In this document: positions 1 to 9,331 of the stretch, in pieces | How positions within the stretch are numbered: position 1 is the stretch's first letter | Layout of the letters: each line of letters opens with the position of its first letter | From: a virus | Taxonomy: Duplodnaviria; Caudoviricetes | Reading direction: 5' to 3' (one strand) | Length of the DNA: 56,393 nt | IMG/VR virus record: IMGVR_UViG_3300037755_000322 | Location: 1 to 56,393 of that record | Position numbers and translations under genes: made by a program | The notes under the pieces: generated by a model | Database searches by the model: none | What the model saw: the letters and a program-made list of their open reading frames with translations, nothing else | Told to the model about the DNA's origin: nothing

Positions 1-127
1 CAAGGAAAAGGCTGCCGCTGTCGAAGGCCCGAAGGGGCCATTGTTGGGCGAGCACAGCCAGTCATGGATGGGCATCTGATGGCAAAACGCACGCGCATTC
101 GCCGCGACGAACGTCCGGAACTGTCCG
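1..127. repeat. Terminal direct repeat, identical to 56267-56393 (circular assembly overlap)
   Basis: The first 127 nt match the last 127 nt. The repeat cuts through the TerL stop/portal start junction, so the contig closes into a ~56,266 bp circle. Confidence 0.95.
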
Positions 128-2376
128 AGGACGACAAGATTCTGCGCGAGGCTAAGGACCGGTTCAAGCGCTGCGAGGACTGGGAAAGCGAATTCCAGAC
201 GCTGTACAAGGACGACGTCAAGTTCGCCAACGCCGATTCCGACAACGGTTGGCAATGGCCGCAGGGCCTGAAGCAGGAACGCGACGTCAACAAGCGCCCG
301 TCCTTGACTATCAACAAGGTGGCGCAGAAGTGTAACTTGATCGTAAATGACGCGCGCAAGAACAAGGCGTCGGTGACGATAAAGCCGGTGGGCGATCAAA
401 CCAATTTCCGAGCGGCGCAGATTTATGAAGGCGTGGTGCGCCACATCGAGTACGTGTCGAAGGCGCAGGCGATCTACGACGAAGCGATGCAGAGCACCGT
501 CGAAGGCGGCATCGGCTGGTGGCGCGTCGGCACGCAATACGACGACGAAGACAGCTTCGACCAGAGTATCGTCATCCTGCCGATCAGGAACCAGCTGGGC
601 GTCTATCTGGACCCGGACCGGCAGCAGCCGGATGGGTCCGACGCCAAATACGGCTTCGTGTTCGACGACGTGCCGAAAGACGACGCCGAAAACGACTATC
701 CCGACGTCAACTTCACGGAATCGAACATTCCGCTGAGCGGCCCGGACACCTGGGTGAAACCCGATAACGTGCGGATCGCAGAATACTACCGAATCGTCGA
801 GAAGCCGGATACTCTGGTCTACATGGAGGACGACAAAGGCAACGCCGCGACGTTCCTAATGTCGACCGCGCCGTCCGAGGCCAAGGACGACATCAAAACA
901 GCTAAAGAAAACGGCCAAGAAGTGCGCGAGCGGCCAGTTAAAACCAAGCATTTGGAATGGTTCAAAATCGCCGGCAACAAGATCGTCGACCGGCGCACCG
1001 TCGACGACAACCCGCTCAAGGGTCGGATCATTCCGCTGGTCTACATGGTCGGGCAGGAACGCGTCATCGACGGCAAACTCTACCGCAAAGGCCATGTGCG
1101 CGATTTGAAGGACCCGCAGCGCATGTACAACTACAACAGTTCGGGTCAGGTCGAGTATGGCGCACTGCAGACCAAGACGCCGTGGGTCGGTCCGAAGGAA
1201 GCGTTCGAAGGCAACGAGGACGCGTGGAATCGCGCCAACGTGCAGAATGCCGCATACCTTACCTATAATGGCTGGGACGTTGAAAACGATCGCCAAATCA
1301 CGCCCCCTGCCAAACCGGAGCCCCCCGGCGCGTCCACCGCGTTCGTCGAAGGCATGCGCATTGCCGATCACGAAATGGATATGGTGAGCGGCCAATACGA
1401 GGCCATGGAAGGGCGCAGCGGCAACGAACGGTCCGGCAAAGCTATTCAGGAACGCCAGCGGCCGGGCGAAACTTCGACGTATCACTTCGTCGATCATCAG
1501 GCCATCGCCATCCGTAAGACTGGCATGATTATTCTGGACATGTTTCCGCACGTCTACGACACCGAGCGTGTGATTCAGATCATGGGCAAGGATGGTACGC
1601 AGAGCCAGGTGACGATCAAGCCCGACATGGCGGAGGCACTTGAAGAACAAAAGGATAAGGAAGTCCTGAAGGTTATGTTCAACCCGAAGGTCGGCAAGTA
1701 TATGGTCGAAGCCGACGTCGGACCGGCCTATGGCACGCAGCGCCAGGAAGCCTGGAATGCGTTCGTGAACATCGTGACCGGGGCGCCCGACCTTATCAAC
1801 GAGATCGGCGATCTGATGTTCAGGTCGGCTGACTTCCCGCTGGCCGACAAGATTGCCGAACGGCTGATGCGCAAGATCAAGGCCGAGAAACCGTTCCTGT
1901 TCGACGACGAAGCCCCGACGCCGCAGATGCAGGCGTTGCAGCAGGAAGTACAGGCGCTGTCGAAGGAAGTTGAACAATTACTGCAGACGCTGGCCGAAAA
2001 CCGGCTCAAGCTCGTCGGTAAGGAACAGAAGCGCGATATCGAAGCGTTCCGGGCCGAAAGTCAACGCGTCAAAGACATTTCCAACGCACAATTGGACGTG
2101 TCGCGGCTGGGCGACCCGGAAGTCATGGCGCAGTTTAAGGGTGCGCTGTTGCAGGCGCTTGATCAAATGGTTGGCAGCGACATCACTGGGCGCATTGAAA
2201 AACTGGGTGGCGAGGGCATGGATCAGCCTCTCGACGTGCCGGACTTTTTGGAGGGCGCCGCGGCCGAAGGTGGCGAGGATGAAATGCCGCCAGTACAGGG
2301 TGCACAGAAGGCGCCGGACGGCAACTGGTACGTACCGAATCCTGAAGCGCCGGGTAAGTATATGTTGGTGCAATGA
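79..2376 (+). CDS. Portal protein, P22 gp1-like
   Basis: Follows TerL across the circle junction (TGATG overlap at 77-81). P22-portal-like segments RPSLTINKV, GHVRDLKDPQRMYNY, SGKAIQERQ, DVGPAYGTQRQEA and a coiled-coil C-terminus. Confidence 0.9.
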   Translation: MAKRTRIRRDERPELSEDDKILREAKDRFKRCEDWESEFQTLYKDDVKFANADSDNGWQWPQGLKQERDVNKRPSLTINKVAQKCNLIVNDARKNKASVTIKPVGDQTNFRAAQIYEGVVRHIEYVSKAQAIYDEAMQSTVEGGIGWWRVGTQYDDEDSFDQSIVILPIRNQLGVYLDPDRQQPDGSDAKYGFVFDDVPKDDAENDYPDVNFTESNIPLSGPDTWVKPDNVRIAEYYRIVEKPDTLVYMEDDKGNAATFLMSTAPSEAKDDIKTAKENGQEVRERPVKTKHLEWFKIAGNKIVDRRTVDDNPLKGRIIPLVYMVGQERVIDGKLYRKGHVRDLKDPQRMYNYNSSGQVEYGALQTKTPWVGPKEAFEGNEDAWNRANVQNAAYLTYNGWDVENDRQITPPAKPEPPGASTAFVEGMRIADHEMDMVSGQYEAMEGRSGNERSGKAIQERQRPGETSTYHFVDHQAIAIRKTGMIILDMFPHVYDTERVIQIMGKDGTQSQVTIKPDMAEALEEQKDKEVLKVMFNPKVGKYMVEADVGPAYGTQRQEAWNAFVNIVTGAPDLINEIGDLMFRSADFPLADKIAERLMRKIKAEKPFLFDDEAPTPQMQALQQEVQALSKEVEQLLQTLAENRLKLVGKEQKRDIEAFRAESQRVKDISNAQLDVSRLGDPEVMAQFKGALLQALDQMVGSDITGRIEKLGGEGMDQPLDVPDFLEGAAAEGGEDEMPPVQGAQKAPDGNWYVPNPEAPGKYMLVQ

Positions 2377-4547
2377 GCGACGTATTTTACCAGCCGCAGG
2401 ACTTGATCGACCCGGACGTCATCCCGGCGACCGAAACTTCGCCGTTGCGGCTGATCATCCGGCCACAGGCGGACCGAGTGCCGGTAAACCCGCTGGCGCC
2501 GCTGGTGGTCGCTGACGCCGGTCGACGTCCGGCGCAGGTCGAACCGCCCTCCAACGTATTGGCGCAACGCGGCATCATCGACAAGTTGCTAGGGTTGACC
2601 GGCCCGCGTTATCAGACCTGGCCGGAAAAAATGACGCGATCGGGCGTAGCGCTGCCGCACGACGTTATGGCCGGCCCGGTGGCGGTCACCGACCCTTATG
2701 GGCGCGTCGTAGAGAGCGCCCCGGCGTTCGATTTGCGGACCGGTCACACGTCCGATCCGCTGACGCAGCGCGTCATGGACTTGAGCGGACTGATCATGGG
2801 CGGAGGCATTCCGGCGGCGGCACGCGGGGCGCTCGGAGCGGCGGGGGGCAAAATAATTCAACCAGAAATTACTCCCGGTCCTTTCTATTCGGCGGTCGAG
2901 CACGCGCTGACGAACGCGCCGCAGGAACGCATGACGCCGCAGCAATGGACGGGCTGGCTCAAGAATCAGCCCGGCGTCAAGGCAGAAGAACTGTCGTGGT
3001 TAGGGTTGGACGATCCGGCGTCACTACCGGCCGGTCCGAAAGGCCAAGTTGACAAGGCCGCGCTGCTTGAGCACGCGCAAGGCCACGGGCCGCAGATAAA
3101 GGAAGTGGAAAAGGGGGGTAGCGCTTATGACGAAGGCGCGGCCCACGAAATTGCGTACAAAAAAGCGGATGAAGAAGCACAAGCACAAGGTATTGACGAC
3201 GAAGAGTGGGTCCAAAGCCGGGCTTACGATATTTTTGATGAAATGCCGATTGCGGAAGGAGGAACTAAGTTTTCCGAGTACCAGCTGCCCGGCGGCGACA
3301 ATTATCGCGAACTGTTGCTGACGATGCCATTTAAAAAAGCTGAGTCGGGTAAAGCAATTGCTGATGAAGTGCCTGAATGGCAGCGTCAATACATGCGTCC
3401 TGAGGCTTGGGCAGAAGACCCGAATAATGTCTATCGTTCTTCTCATTGGGACGAGCCCAACGTTATTGTTCATATGCGCATGAACGACCGCGACGTACCC
3501 AGCATCGGCAAGAGCCTGCACCTGGAGGAAGTGCAGAGCGACTGGCACCAGCAAGGGAGGAAACAAGGATATAAATCAAACGATTTAAAAAAAGACTTTA
3601 AGGAAAGATTTGGTAGAGAACCAAGCGCTAACGAACTAAAAGAATTTTCGGAGGAATGGGTAAATCAAGGCGGAACGGTTCCCGACGCTCCATTCAAATC
3701 CACCTGGGCCGATCTCGCCTTGAAGCGCGCCATTGCCAAGGCTGCGCGCGAGGGCTACGACGCTATTTCATGGACGCCGGGTGAGCAGCAGGCGGCGAGG
3801 TACGACCTGAGCAAACAAGTAGATAAAATTAAGTATAACCCAGACGCCAACAAGTTGGAAGTTTATAAAGATGGCGCGCTAGTGTTAGGGCGGGTTGCCG
3901 GTCGAGCAAATTTGCCAGACTTCATTGGCAAAGAAGCAGCAGACCGAATTTTAAATAATCCTACACGGAAAAATGAAAAAACCGGTTTCAACGAATTAGA
4001 AGGAGAAGGGCTAAAGGTCGGCGGCGAGGGCATGAAGCGTTTTTATGACAAGATGCTGGTCGACAAGGCCAACGCGCTGGCCAAGAAGTTCGGTGGTAAG
4101 GTGGAGTGGAAGGACTTACCTAGCTCTACCGGTCATGAAGTAGTGTCGCAGCCGCACGGCGAGCTTACTATCGGCGAGCCTCAGCTGGCGTCGACGGTGC
4201 CGGCGAGCAGGCGCGACGCCATGGTGGGCGTGTATGAAAACGGCGTGTTCAAGGACAACTATGAAAAGAGCGCCGGGCTGGTCGAGAGACTGAGCAAGAC
4301 CATGGTGAGCGGCCCGGACGGCATCCGTTATTTTGACACGCCGCAGGAAGCGCAAGCTTTCATCGATTCGAAGCGCGTCAAGGTGCCGGTGTTGCGTCTA
4401 ACGCCCGAAATGAAAAACACCGCCGTGCGCAAGGGTATGCCGCTGTTCAGTTCCGGGTTGTCGTTTCAGTTCATTCCGGTAGACCACGATCCTTTCAAGT
4501 TGGACCCGCAATTTGAACAAGCCTACAGCCAGGGGAGCGCAACCTGA
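2373..4547 (+). CDS. Large conserved phage protein (large polyvalent protein-like domain), function unknown
   Basis: 724 aa ORF with ATGA coupling to the portal. Blocks FYSAVE, GVKAEEL, LPGGDNYRELLL, SHWDEPN, EEVQSDWHQ, GYDAISWTPG resemble those of phage polyvalent proteins (from recall). Confidence 0.6.
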   Translation: MSDVFYQPQDLIDPDVIPATETSPLRLIIRPQADRVPVNPLAPLVVADAGRRPAQVEPPSNVLAQRGIIDKLLGLTGPRYQTWPEKMTRSGVALPHDVMAGPVAVTDPYGRVVESAPAFDLRTGHTSDPLTQRVMDLSGLIMGGGIPAAARGALGAAGGKIIQPEITPGPFYSAVEHALTNAPQERMTPQQWTGWLKNQPGVKAEELSWLGLDDPASLPAGPKGQVDKAALLEHAQGHGPQIKEVEKGGSAYDEGAAHEIAYKKADEEAQAQGIDDEEWVQSRAYDIFDEMPIAEGGTKFSEYQLPGGDNYRELLLTMPFKKAESGKAIADEVPEWQRQYMRPEAWAEDPNNVYRSSHWDEPNVIVHMRMNDRDVPSIGKSLHLEEVQSDWHQQGRKQGYKSNDLKKDFKERFGREPSANELKEFSEEWVNQGGTVPDAPFKSTWADLALKRAIAKAAREGYDAISWTPGEQQAARYDLSKQVDKIKYNPDANKLEVYKDGALVLGRVAGRANLPDFIGKEAADRILNNPTRKNEKTGFNELEGEGLKVGGEGMKRFYDKMLVDKANALAKKFGGKVEWKDLPSSTGHEVVSQPHGELTIGEPQLASTVPASRRDAMVGVYENGVFKDNYEKSAGLVERLSKTMVSGPDGIRYFDTPQEAQAFIDSKRVKVPVLRLTPEMKNTAVRKGMPLFSSGLSFQFIPVDHDPFKLDPQFEQAYSQGSAT

Positions 4548-4693
4548 TGCCGCTCAAGAAATCGACGTCGAAATCAGCGTTTAAGCAGAACGTCAAGGCG
4601 GAAATTGCTGCTGGCAAGCCAGTAAAGCAGGCCGTGGCGATCGCTTACTCTATCAAGCGCCGCGCGGCGCGCAAGAAACGGAGCAAGAAGTGA
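4547..4693 (+). CDS. Small basic phage protein (MPLKKSTSKSAFKQNVKAEIAAGKPVKQAVAIAYS...)
   Basis: 48 aa, below the ORF-track cutoff. Overlaps both neighbours (TGATG, GTGA). Matches the common small phage family K-x-x-x-QAVAIA. Confidence 0.8.
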   Translation: MPLKKSTSKSAFKQNVKAEIAAGKPVKQAVAIAYSIKRRAARKKRSKK

Positions 4694-5067
4694 CCGAACT
4701 GACCATCAGGACTTTTGCCGTTGAACTTGCTGGCAAATTCTATGAGAGCAACCGGTCGCCGCAGTTTCGTGCCGCGTTTCCGACATGGGAGCATTATAGA
4801 GGCGGCTGGCAGATCGTTGGTGAGGGTCGGGCTAAAAAAGTACCGCCCGGCTGGATGCACCATGTCGTACTGGCCCGACGCCTGCTGGCGGAAATGCTTA
4901 AGCAGCCCGACGCCCGTATTTCGCCGGTCATGAAGGACCGCATTGCCGAGGCCTTGATTGAAGACCATGGCAAGGCTAAGGCGTTCGGCAAGAAAGTTCA
5001 TCAACGCATGGAGCGCCACGACGATGGCAAACCGTCTGACCAAGTTGTTGCCGGCCTCGGCTGTTGA
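4690..5067 (+). CDS. Hypothetical protein
   Basis: GTG start overlapping the upstream stop, operon context. Confidence 0.65.
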   Translation: MTELTIRTFAVELAGKFYESNRSPQFRAAFPTWEHYRGGWQIVGEGRAKKVPPGWMHHVVLARRLLAEMLKQPDARISPVMKDRIAEALIEDHGKAKAFGKKVHQRMERHDDGKPSDQVVAGLGC

Positions 5068-5272
5068 CGTGCCGTGCACTGTTGCGGTATCCAAGGCCGA
5101 CCGGCGCGAGCAGGAACAGCGCGAACGGCGTTACCGGGCCGAAGACGCATTACGCTGTCTGCTTAGGGCCGAGGAAATTCGCCGCGATCATGCTCTGATG
5201 AAGGACGTAGTGCAGATAGCCAGCGAGCAGAAGAAATCGCTGCAACGAATTACGCCGTCCGGGCGGCGTTAA
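5024..5272 (+). CDS. Hypothetical protein (RYRAEDALR..RAEEI motif)
   Basis: Charged helical ORF between head genes. Its stop codon lies inside pseudoknot copy 1. Confidence 0.55.
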   Translation: MANRLTKLLPASAVDVPCTVAVSKADRREQEQRERRYRAEDALRCLLRAEEIRRDHALMKDVVQIASEQKKSLQRITPSGRR

Positions 5273-5284
5273 GCAACCCGTGCA
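5252..5284 (+). promoter_or_regulatory. Putative H-type RNA pseudoknot, copy 1, upstream of the scaffold RBS
   Basis: ACGCCG/CGGCGT stem 1, TC loop, CGGG/CCCG stem 2, then TGCA. AAGGAG RBS at 5289. Confidence 0.6.
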
Positions 5285-5299
5285 TCTGAAGGAGTAACT

Positions 5300-6202
5300 G
5301 TGATGTTGAAGACGCGATTGTTGTTCGGGGTTTCATTCGGCCCGTTGTACGCGGCGCCCGGCGAAGGAGGCGGCGGTGCGCCGCCCGAAGCCGACGACGT
5401 CGGTACTGCCACGCCCGACGCGGAAGGAAGCCAGCCCCCCGTTGAAGGCGCGCCGGCCGAAGAAGGCGGCGAACCGCCGGCACAAGGTGTCGCTGCTAGC
5501 GCAGAAGGCGACGAACCCCCGGCGGCACCGCCCGCCGAGACGTGGCAGGACAAGGAACTGCGGCGCAAGCATGCTCAGTTGCAGCAGGAACGCCGCGAGA
5601 AAGCAGACCTCAAGGCATCGCTCGAAGCCGCGCAGGAAATGCTCAACCGGCTGAACGGCGGCGACGGCCTGCCGCCGCCCGAATCCGGCGAACGCCCCGC
5701 CGCGTCGGCTGCCCGGCCGGCTCAGTCATCGGAGGACGAAATTCAGGCCGCTGCCCGCCAGCTGGTGGCGCAGCAGAATTTCGACAATGCCGCCAACGAT
5801 GCCGACAAGACGGGCCGCGAACGTTACAAGGACAAGTGGGACAAGGCCACCGGCACGCTGGCGACGCTCGGCGGCTTCGACCCCGAAACCATGCAAGGCA
5901 TTCTGGCGACCGACGACCCGGCCAAGGTGCTGTTCACGCTCGGGGACAAGCCGGAAGAATATCAGCGTATCATGGACTTGCCCCCGGCCAAACGGCTTGC
6001 TGAAATGGTCAAGATCGGTATGCCGGAACCCAGGACGCCGCCCAAGCGGCCGTCCGGCGCCGCGCCGCCGACCGAACCGGTAGGCGGCCGTAACCGCGGC
6101 GACCCGAACGCATTGAGCGACGAACTCGACGACGAAACCTGGTACGCGCGGCGCCAGGCCCAGAAGAAGGCAAGGTTCGAGGCGCGTCGCGCGGGCGCCT
6201 GA
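5300..6202 (+). CDS. Scaffolding protein
   Basis: Directly upstream of the coat gene. Acidic Pro/Ala-rich N-terminus, coiled coil, basic C-terminal helix (WYARRQAQKKAR), AAGGAG RBS. Confidence 0.8.
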   Translation: MMLKTRLLFGVSFGPLYAAPGEGGGGAPPEADDVGTATPDAEGSQPPVEGAPAEEGGEPPAQGVAASAEGDEPPAAPPAETWQDKELRRKHAQLQQERREKADLKASLEAAQEMLNRLNGGDGLPPPESGERPAASAARPAQSSEDEIQAAARQLVAQQNFDNAANDADKTGRERYKDKWDKATGTLATLGGFDPETMQGILATDDPAKVLFTLGDKPEEYQRIMDLPPAKRLAEMVKIGMPEPRTPPKRPSGAAPPTEPVGGRNRGDPNALSDELDDETWYARRQAQKKARFEARRAGA

Positions 6203-6210
6203 TGACTAAA

Positions 6211-6271
6211 ACCCGTCCTGCCGGGTAACGCAGTGCACTTCCGTCCGGGCGGAATTAAACAATCCCCGTGC
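6211..6271 (+). promoter_or_regulatory. Two tandem putative pseudoknots (copies 2 and 3) in the coat gene leader
   Basis: ACCCG-TC-CTGC-CGGGT-AAC-GCAG-TGCA (6211-6237) and TTCCG-TC-CGGG-CGGAA-TTAAACAATC-CCCG-TGC (6239-6271). Compensatory changes relative to copy 1. Confidence 0.55.
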
Positions 6272-6358
6272 TGGTCCACCAACAGCCACGCGGCCGTGGA
6301 CGCCGCGCCCGATGCCTTCCGGGACTGATGGCTTACGGCTCAGCACGGAGATTTTTCC

Positions 6359-7570
6359 ATGGCCAACAACCTTCTGACGATCAGTATGATCACCCGCGAG
6401 GCGATCGAACTGTTCGTCAACTCGAACATGTTCATTCGCAACATCGACAAGCAGTACGACGCGGAATTCGGCAAGGCCAACGCCAAGATCGGCTCGCAAC
6501 TCCGCATCCGGCTGCCCAACGACTACACCGTTCGCCACGGCCCGGCGATCTCGCTGCAGGATACGTCCGAACAGCAGACCGTCCTCACCATGGCGACGCA
6601 GGACGGCGTCGACGTCAACTTTACGTCGGCTGACCTGCTGCTGTCGCTCGACGACTTCTCGGAGCGCATCTTGCTGCCGATGATGAACAACCTGGCCGGC
6701 GACGTGGCCTCGACCATTATGGGCAACAGCGCCGAGGCGATCGCCAACGTGTCGGCGAACCTCGACGGCAACGGCGCGGTGCTCAACCCCGATTCCGGCA
6801 CTTATCTGGACGCTCAGGCGACGCTGGCTATCAATTCGGCCCCGATGGTCAACCATAAGATCATCAACGACCCGCGCCAGGAAGCCCGCGTCGTGCAGTC
6901 ACTGTCCGGCCTGCTCAACCCGTCCTCGGCCATCAGCGACCAGTACTACGAAGGCACGATGTACAAGGCGCTCGGTGCGACCTGGTTCTCGGACCAGACC
7001 GTCATCAAACACACCAATGGTTCGATGGTGTCGACGACCGTTAACGGTGCCGATCAGACCGGCACCGCTTTGACCGTCGCCGCAATCGTCGGCACGGTCG
7101 AAGTGGGCGATATTCAAACCATTGCCGGCGTTAACGCCGTTAACCGCGTCACCAAGCAGGACACGGGCGAACTGCGGCAATTCGTCGTCACCACCGCGAT
7201 GGTAGCCGGCGACGTGACGATGAACGTCTACCCGTCGATCATTCCGGCGGCGGCGGACGGTTCATCGGTGCAGTTCCAGACCGTCACCGCGTCGCCGGCC
7301 AACGGAGCGACGATCACTCCGTTCTTCGTGCCGTCGTCGGTCTACCGCAAGTCGTTCCGCTACGCGCCGCAGATGGTGACAATGGCGACCGGCGACTTGC
7401 CGTTGCCGCCGAACAAGGTCACCGCTCGTCACAAGTACGACAACGTGTCGATGCGCATGGTGACCGATTATCTGATCGGCACTGACCAGTCCGTCACTCG
7501 TCTCGACGTACTGTTCGGATCGCTCGTCGTTCGCGGCGAGTGGGGCTGTATCGTTCCCGGCGCGATCTGA
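6359..7570 (+). CDS. Major capsid protein, P22 gp5-like
   Basis: MANNLLTISMITREA, KIGSQLRIRLPNDY, TIAGVNAVN and C-terminal RLDVLFG are typical of P22 coat-family proteins. GGAG RBS. Confidence 0.92.
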   Translation: MANNLLTISMITREAIELFVNSNMFIRNIDKQYDAEFGKANAKIGSQLRIRLPNDYTVRHGPAISLQDTSEQQTVLTMATQDGVDVNFTSADLLLSLDDFSERILLPMMNNLAGDVASTIMGNSAEAIANVSANLDGNGAVLNPDSGTYLDAQATLAINSAPMVNHKIINDPRQEARVVQSLSGLLNPSSAISDQYYEGTMYKALGATWFSDQTVIKHTNGSMVSTTVNGADQTGTALTVAAIVGTVEVGDIQTIAGVNAVNRVTKQDTGELRQFVVTTAMVAGDVTMNVYPSIIPAAADGSSVQFQTVTASPANGATITPFFVPSSVYRKSFRYAPQMVTMATGDLPLPPNKVTARHKYDNVSMRMVTDYLIGTDQSVTRLDVLFGSLVVRGEWGCIVPGAI

Positions 7571-7590
7571 CGCTCCGTGAACCGTTGAAG

Positions 7591-7623
7591 GCCCCGGGGC
7601 TTAAATTGCCCCGGGGCGTCATT
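7591..7623 (+). terminator. GC-rich hairpin after the coat gene (weak terminator or processing site)
   Basis: GCCCCGGGGC-TTAAATT-GCCCCGGGGC followed by GTCATT; poor U-tract. Confidence 0.5.
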
Positions 7624-7629
7624 CCAGTT

Positions 7630-7661
7630 CGCCGTCCGGGCGGCGTTAAGCAACCCGTGCA
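7630..7661 (+). promoter_or_regulatory. Putative pseudoknot copy 4 (32 nt identical to 5253-5284)
   Basis: CGCCGTCCGGGCGGCGTTAAGCAACCCGTGCA, then AGGAG RBS and ATG at 7683. Confidence 0.6.
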
Positions 7662-7682
7662 CAGACTGCAGGAGCAAGTTCT

Positions 7683-8168
7683 ATGGCTGTTACTATCGGT
7701 TATCGTGATCAAGTCGCCCCGCCGCCGCGTCGCGGCGCGTTGCGCGACATCAGGCGTTACATCGCGCTCACTCCGCAGACCGACTCCACCAAGTTCGAGC
7801 GGGTCGAATACCGGCGTTACCCGCTGATGCCGAAAGATGACAACGGCCAGCATTTCAAGGACGCCGCTGGACGCTTCATCGTGCTGCGCGATGCGGCCGA
7901 CGAGGACGCGTTCTACGCCGACCACCCCCATCTTGAACGTCATCAGGACCCGGTCGACGCCGCCAACGAACTGGCGCGGCTGCGCGAGGAAAACAAGCGG
8001 CTGCGGGCCAAACACGCGGGGCCGGCCGACGAACCGGCTGATGATAAACCCGTCAAGGAAGCCGCTCCAACCAAGGGATTGAGCGGGCTGGTGAAACCGT
8101 CCGGCAAAACGGCGCCCAAGACACGGGCGGCCGACGTCGGGCCGGCGCCCGGCTCCAAACTCGACTGA
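7683..8168 (+). CDS. Hypothetical head-associated protein
   Basis: AGGAG RBS; lies between coat and gp4-like genes. Confidence 0.7.
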   Translation: MAVTIGYRDQVAPPPRRGALRDIRRYIALTPQTDSTKFERVEYRRYPLMPKDDNGQHFKDAAGRFIVLRDAADEDAFYADHPHLERHQDPVDAANELARLREENKRLRAKHAGPADEPADDKPVKEAAPTKGLSGLVKPSGKTAPKTRAADVGPAPGSKLD

Positions 8169-8184
8169 CGGAGCGCGTTGAACC

Positions 8185-8913
8185 ATGACCACTGGCCGAG
8201 ACGTCGTCACTTACGGGCTGAAGAAGTCCGGCATTCTCGGCCAGGGTCGTACTGCCGGTGCGGAAGACATCAACGACGGGCTGAACGATTTAAACGACAT
8301 GCTGGCGCTATGGAACCGCAAGCGCTGGATGATGTGGGACGAAGTAAATTACGTCGTGGTGTCGACCGGCGCTCTCACCTACACGGCAGGGCCGGGCGGC
8401 GACTACGACATCACGCCGCGCCCCAACCGCATCAAGTCGGCGTTCCTGCGCAATCTGGTCAACCCACTCGGGCTGAACGTCGACACGCCGGTTAAAGTCA
8501 TCACGGCCCGCGAAGAATACGACCGCATCGCGTTGAAGTCGCTGGTGTCGTTCACCAAGTCCGTCTTTTTGGACACCGCGTACCCATTGGCCGTAGTGCG
8601 GCCCTACCCGGTGCCGTCGGCGTCGATTTACGCACTGGGCCTGACCTTCACCGACGTGCTGCCGACCTTGACACTAGACACTGATCTGAGCACGCTGCCG
8701 GGCGAGTACTTGCCGGCGATGAAGTTCAACCTGGCGCGCTGGATGCGGCAGGCTTACGGCAAGGGCATGAAGCCCGATACTGAGTTGAACCGGCTCGCCG
8801 CTTCGGCGCTGGATACGATCAAGAACGCCAATTTGCAGATTCCCGAACTGGTCATGCCCCGCGTGCTGACGTCGCGGGCGCCGGGGTACAACATTCTGAG
8901 CGACCAATGGTAG
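8185..8913 (+). CDS. Head-to-tail adaptor, P22 gp4-like
   Basis: MTTGRDVV..LKKSGILG, DGLNDLNDMLALW, LPGEYLPAMKFNLA pattern and synteny. Confidence 0.8.
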   Translation: MTTGRDVVTYGLKKSGILGQGRTAGAEDINDGLNDLNDMLALWNRKRWMMWDEVNYVVVSTGALTYTAGPGGDYDITPRPNRIKSAFLRNLVNPLGLNVDTPVKVITAREEYDRIALKSLVSFTKSVFLDTAYPLAVVRPYPVPSASIYALGLTFTDVLPTLTLDTDLSTLPGEYLPAMKFNLARWMRQAYGKGMKPDTELNRLAASALDTIKNANLQIPELVMPRVLTSRAPGYNILSDQW

Positions 8914-8932
8914 CAACGAAAGGAACGACGAA

Positions 8933-9331
8933 ATGACAAAAGGTGTCCCTCCGATCCCGGGCTTCGTGATGCCGGACGGCAACTGGCTGCTCGCGCTGGC
9001 CGGCGGCCAGAACCAGGCCGTCAACCCCGGTCTGACGGCGTCGACTACCCAGACACAGGCTGCCGGCACTGATCTCGCCTACGGGCTCAATTCAGTGACG
9101 TCGGTCGCCAACGCGTCGGACGCAATGACGATACCCCCCGCCAAATCTGGCTGCGTAGTCGTCATGGCCAATAACGGCGGCAATGCGTTGAGTTTGTTCC
9201 CGGCGTCGGGCGACGCAATCAACGACGCCGCGGCGGACGCTGCCGTCAGCGTGACCGACAATACCTTATCGGTCTACGCGTGCATGACGGACGGCACCTG
9301 GTTCGGCGGTGCGATCACTTTCGAAACCTGA
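8933..9331 (+). CDS. Virion structural protein, beta-rich (paralog of 10939-11376)
   Basis: AAGGA RBS; Ala/Thr-rich; shares the LTA..TQA.A..L...NxGxNxLxxxP..G..I pattern with 10939-11376. Confidence 0.7.
   Translation: MTKGVPPIPGFVMPDGNWLLALAGGQNQAVNPGLTASTTQTQAAGTDLAYGLNSVTSVANASDAMTIPPAKSGCVVVMANNGGNALSLFPASGDAINDAAADAAVSVTDNTLSVYACMTDGTWFGGAITFET

Noticed and set aside
856-1977. Long antisense ORFs (also 9274-10248, 19715-20455, 29274-30110, 33597-34472)
   Set aside because: They lie opposite well-supported genes in GC-rich DNA and show no motifs or RBS.
5252-5284. Pseudoknot as a known riboswitch (preQ1, SAM-II, guanidine-III) or frameshift signal
   Set aside because: It lacks their conserved ligand-binding nucleotides as I recall them, and no slippery heptamer precedes the copies. 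Kept as an unassigned motif.
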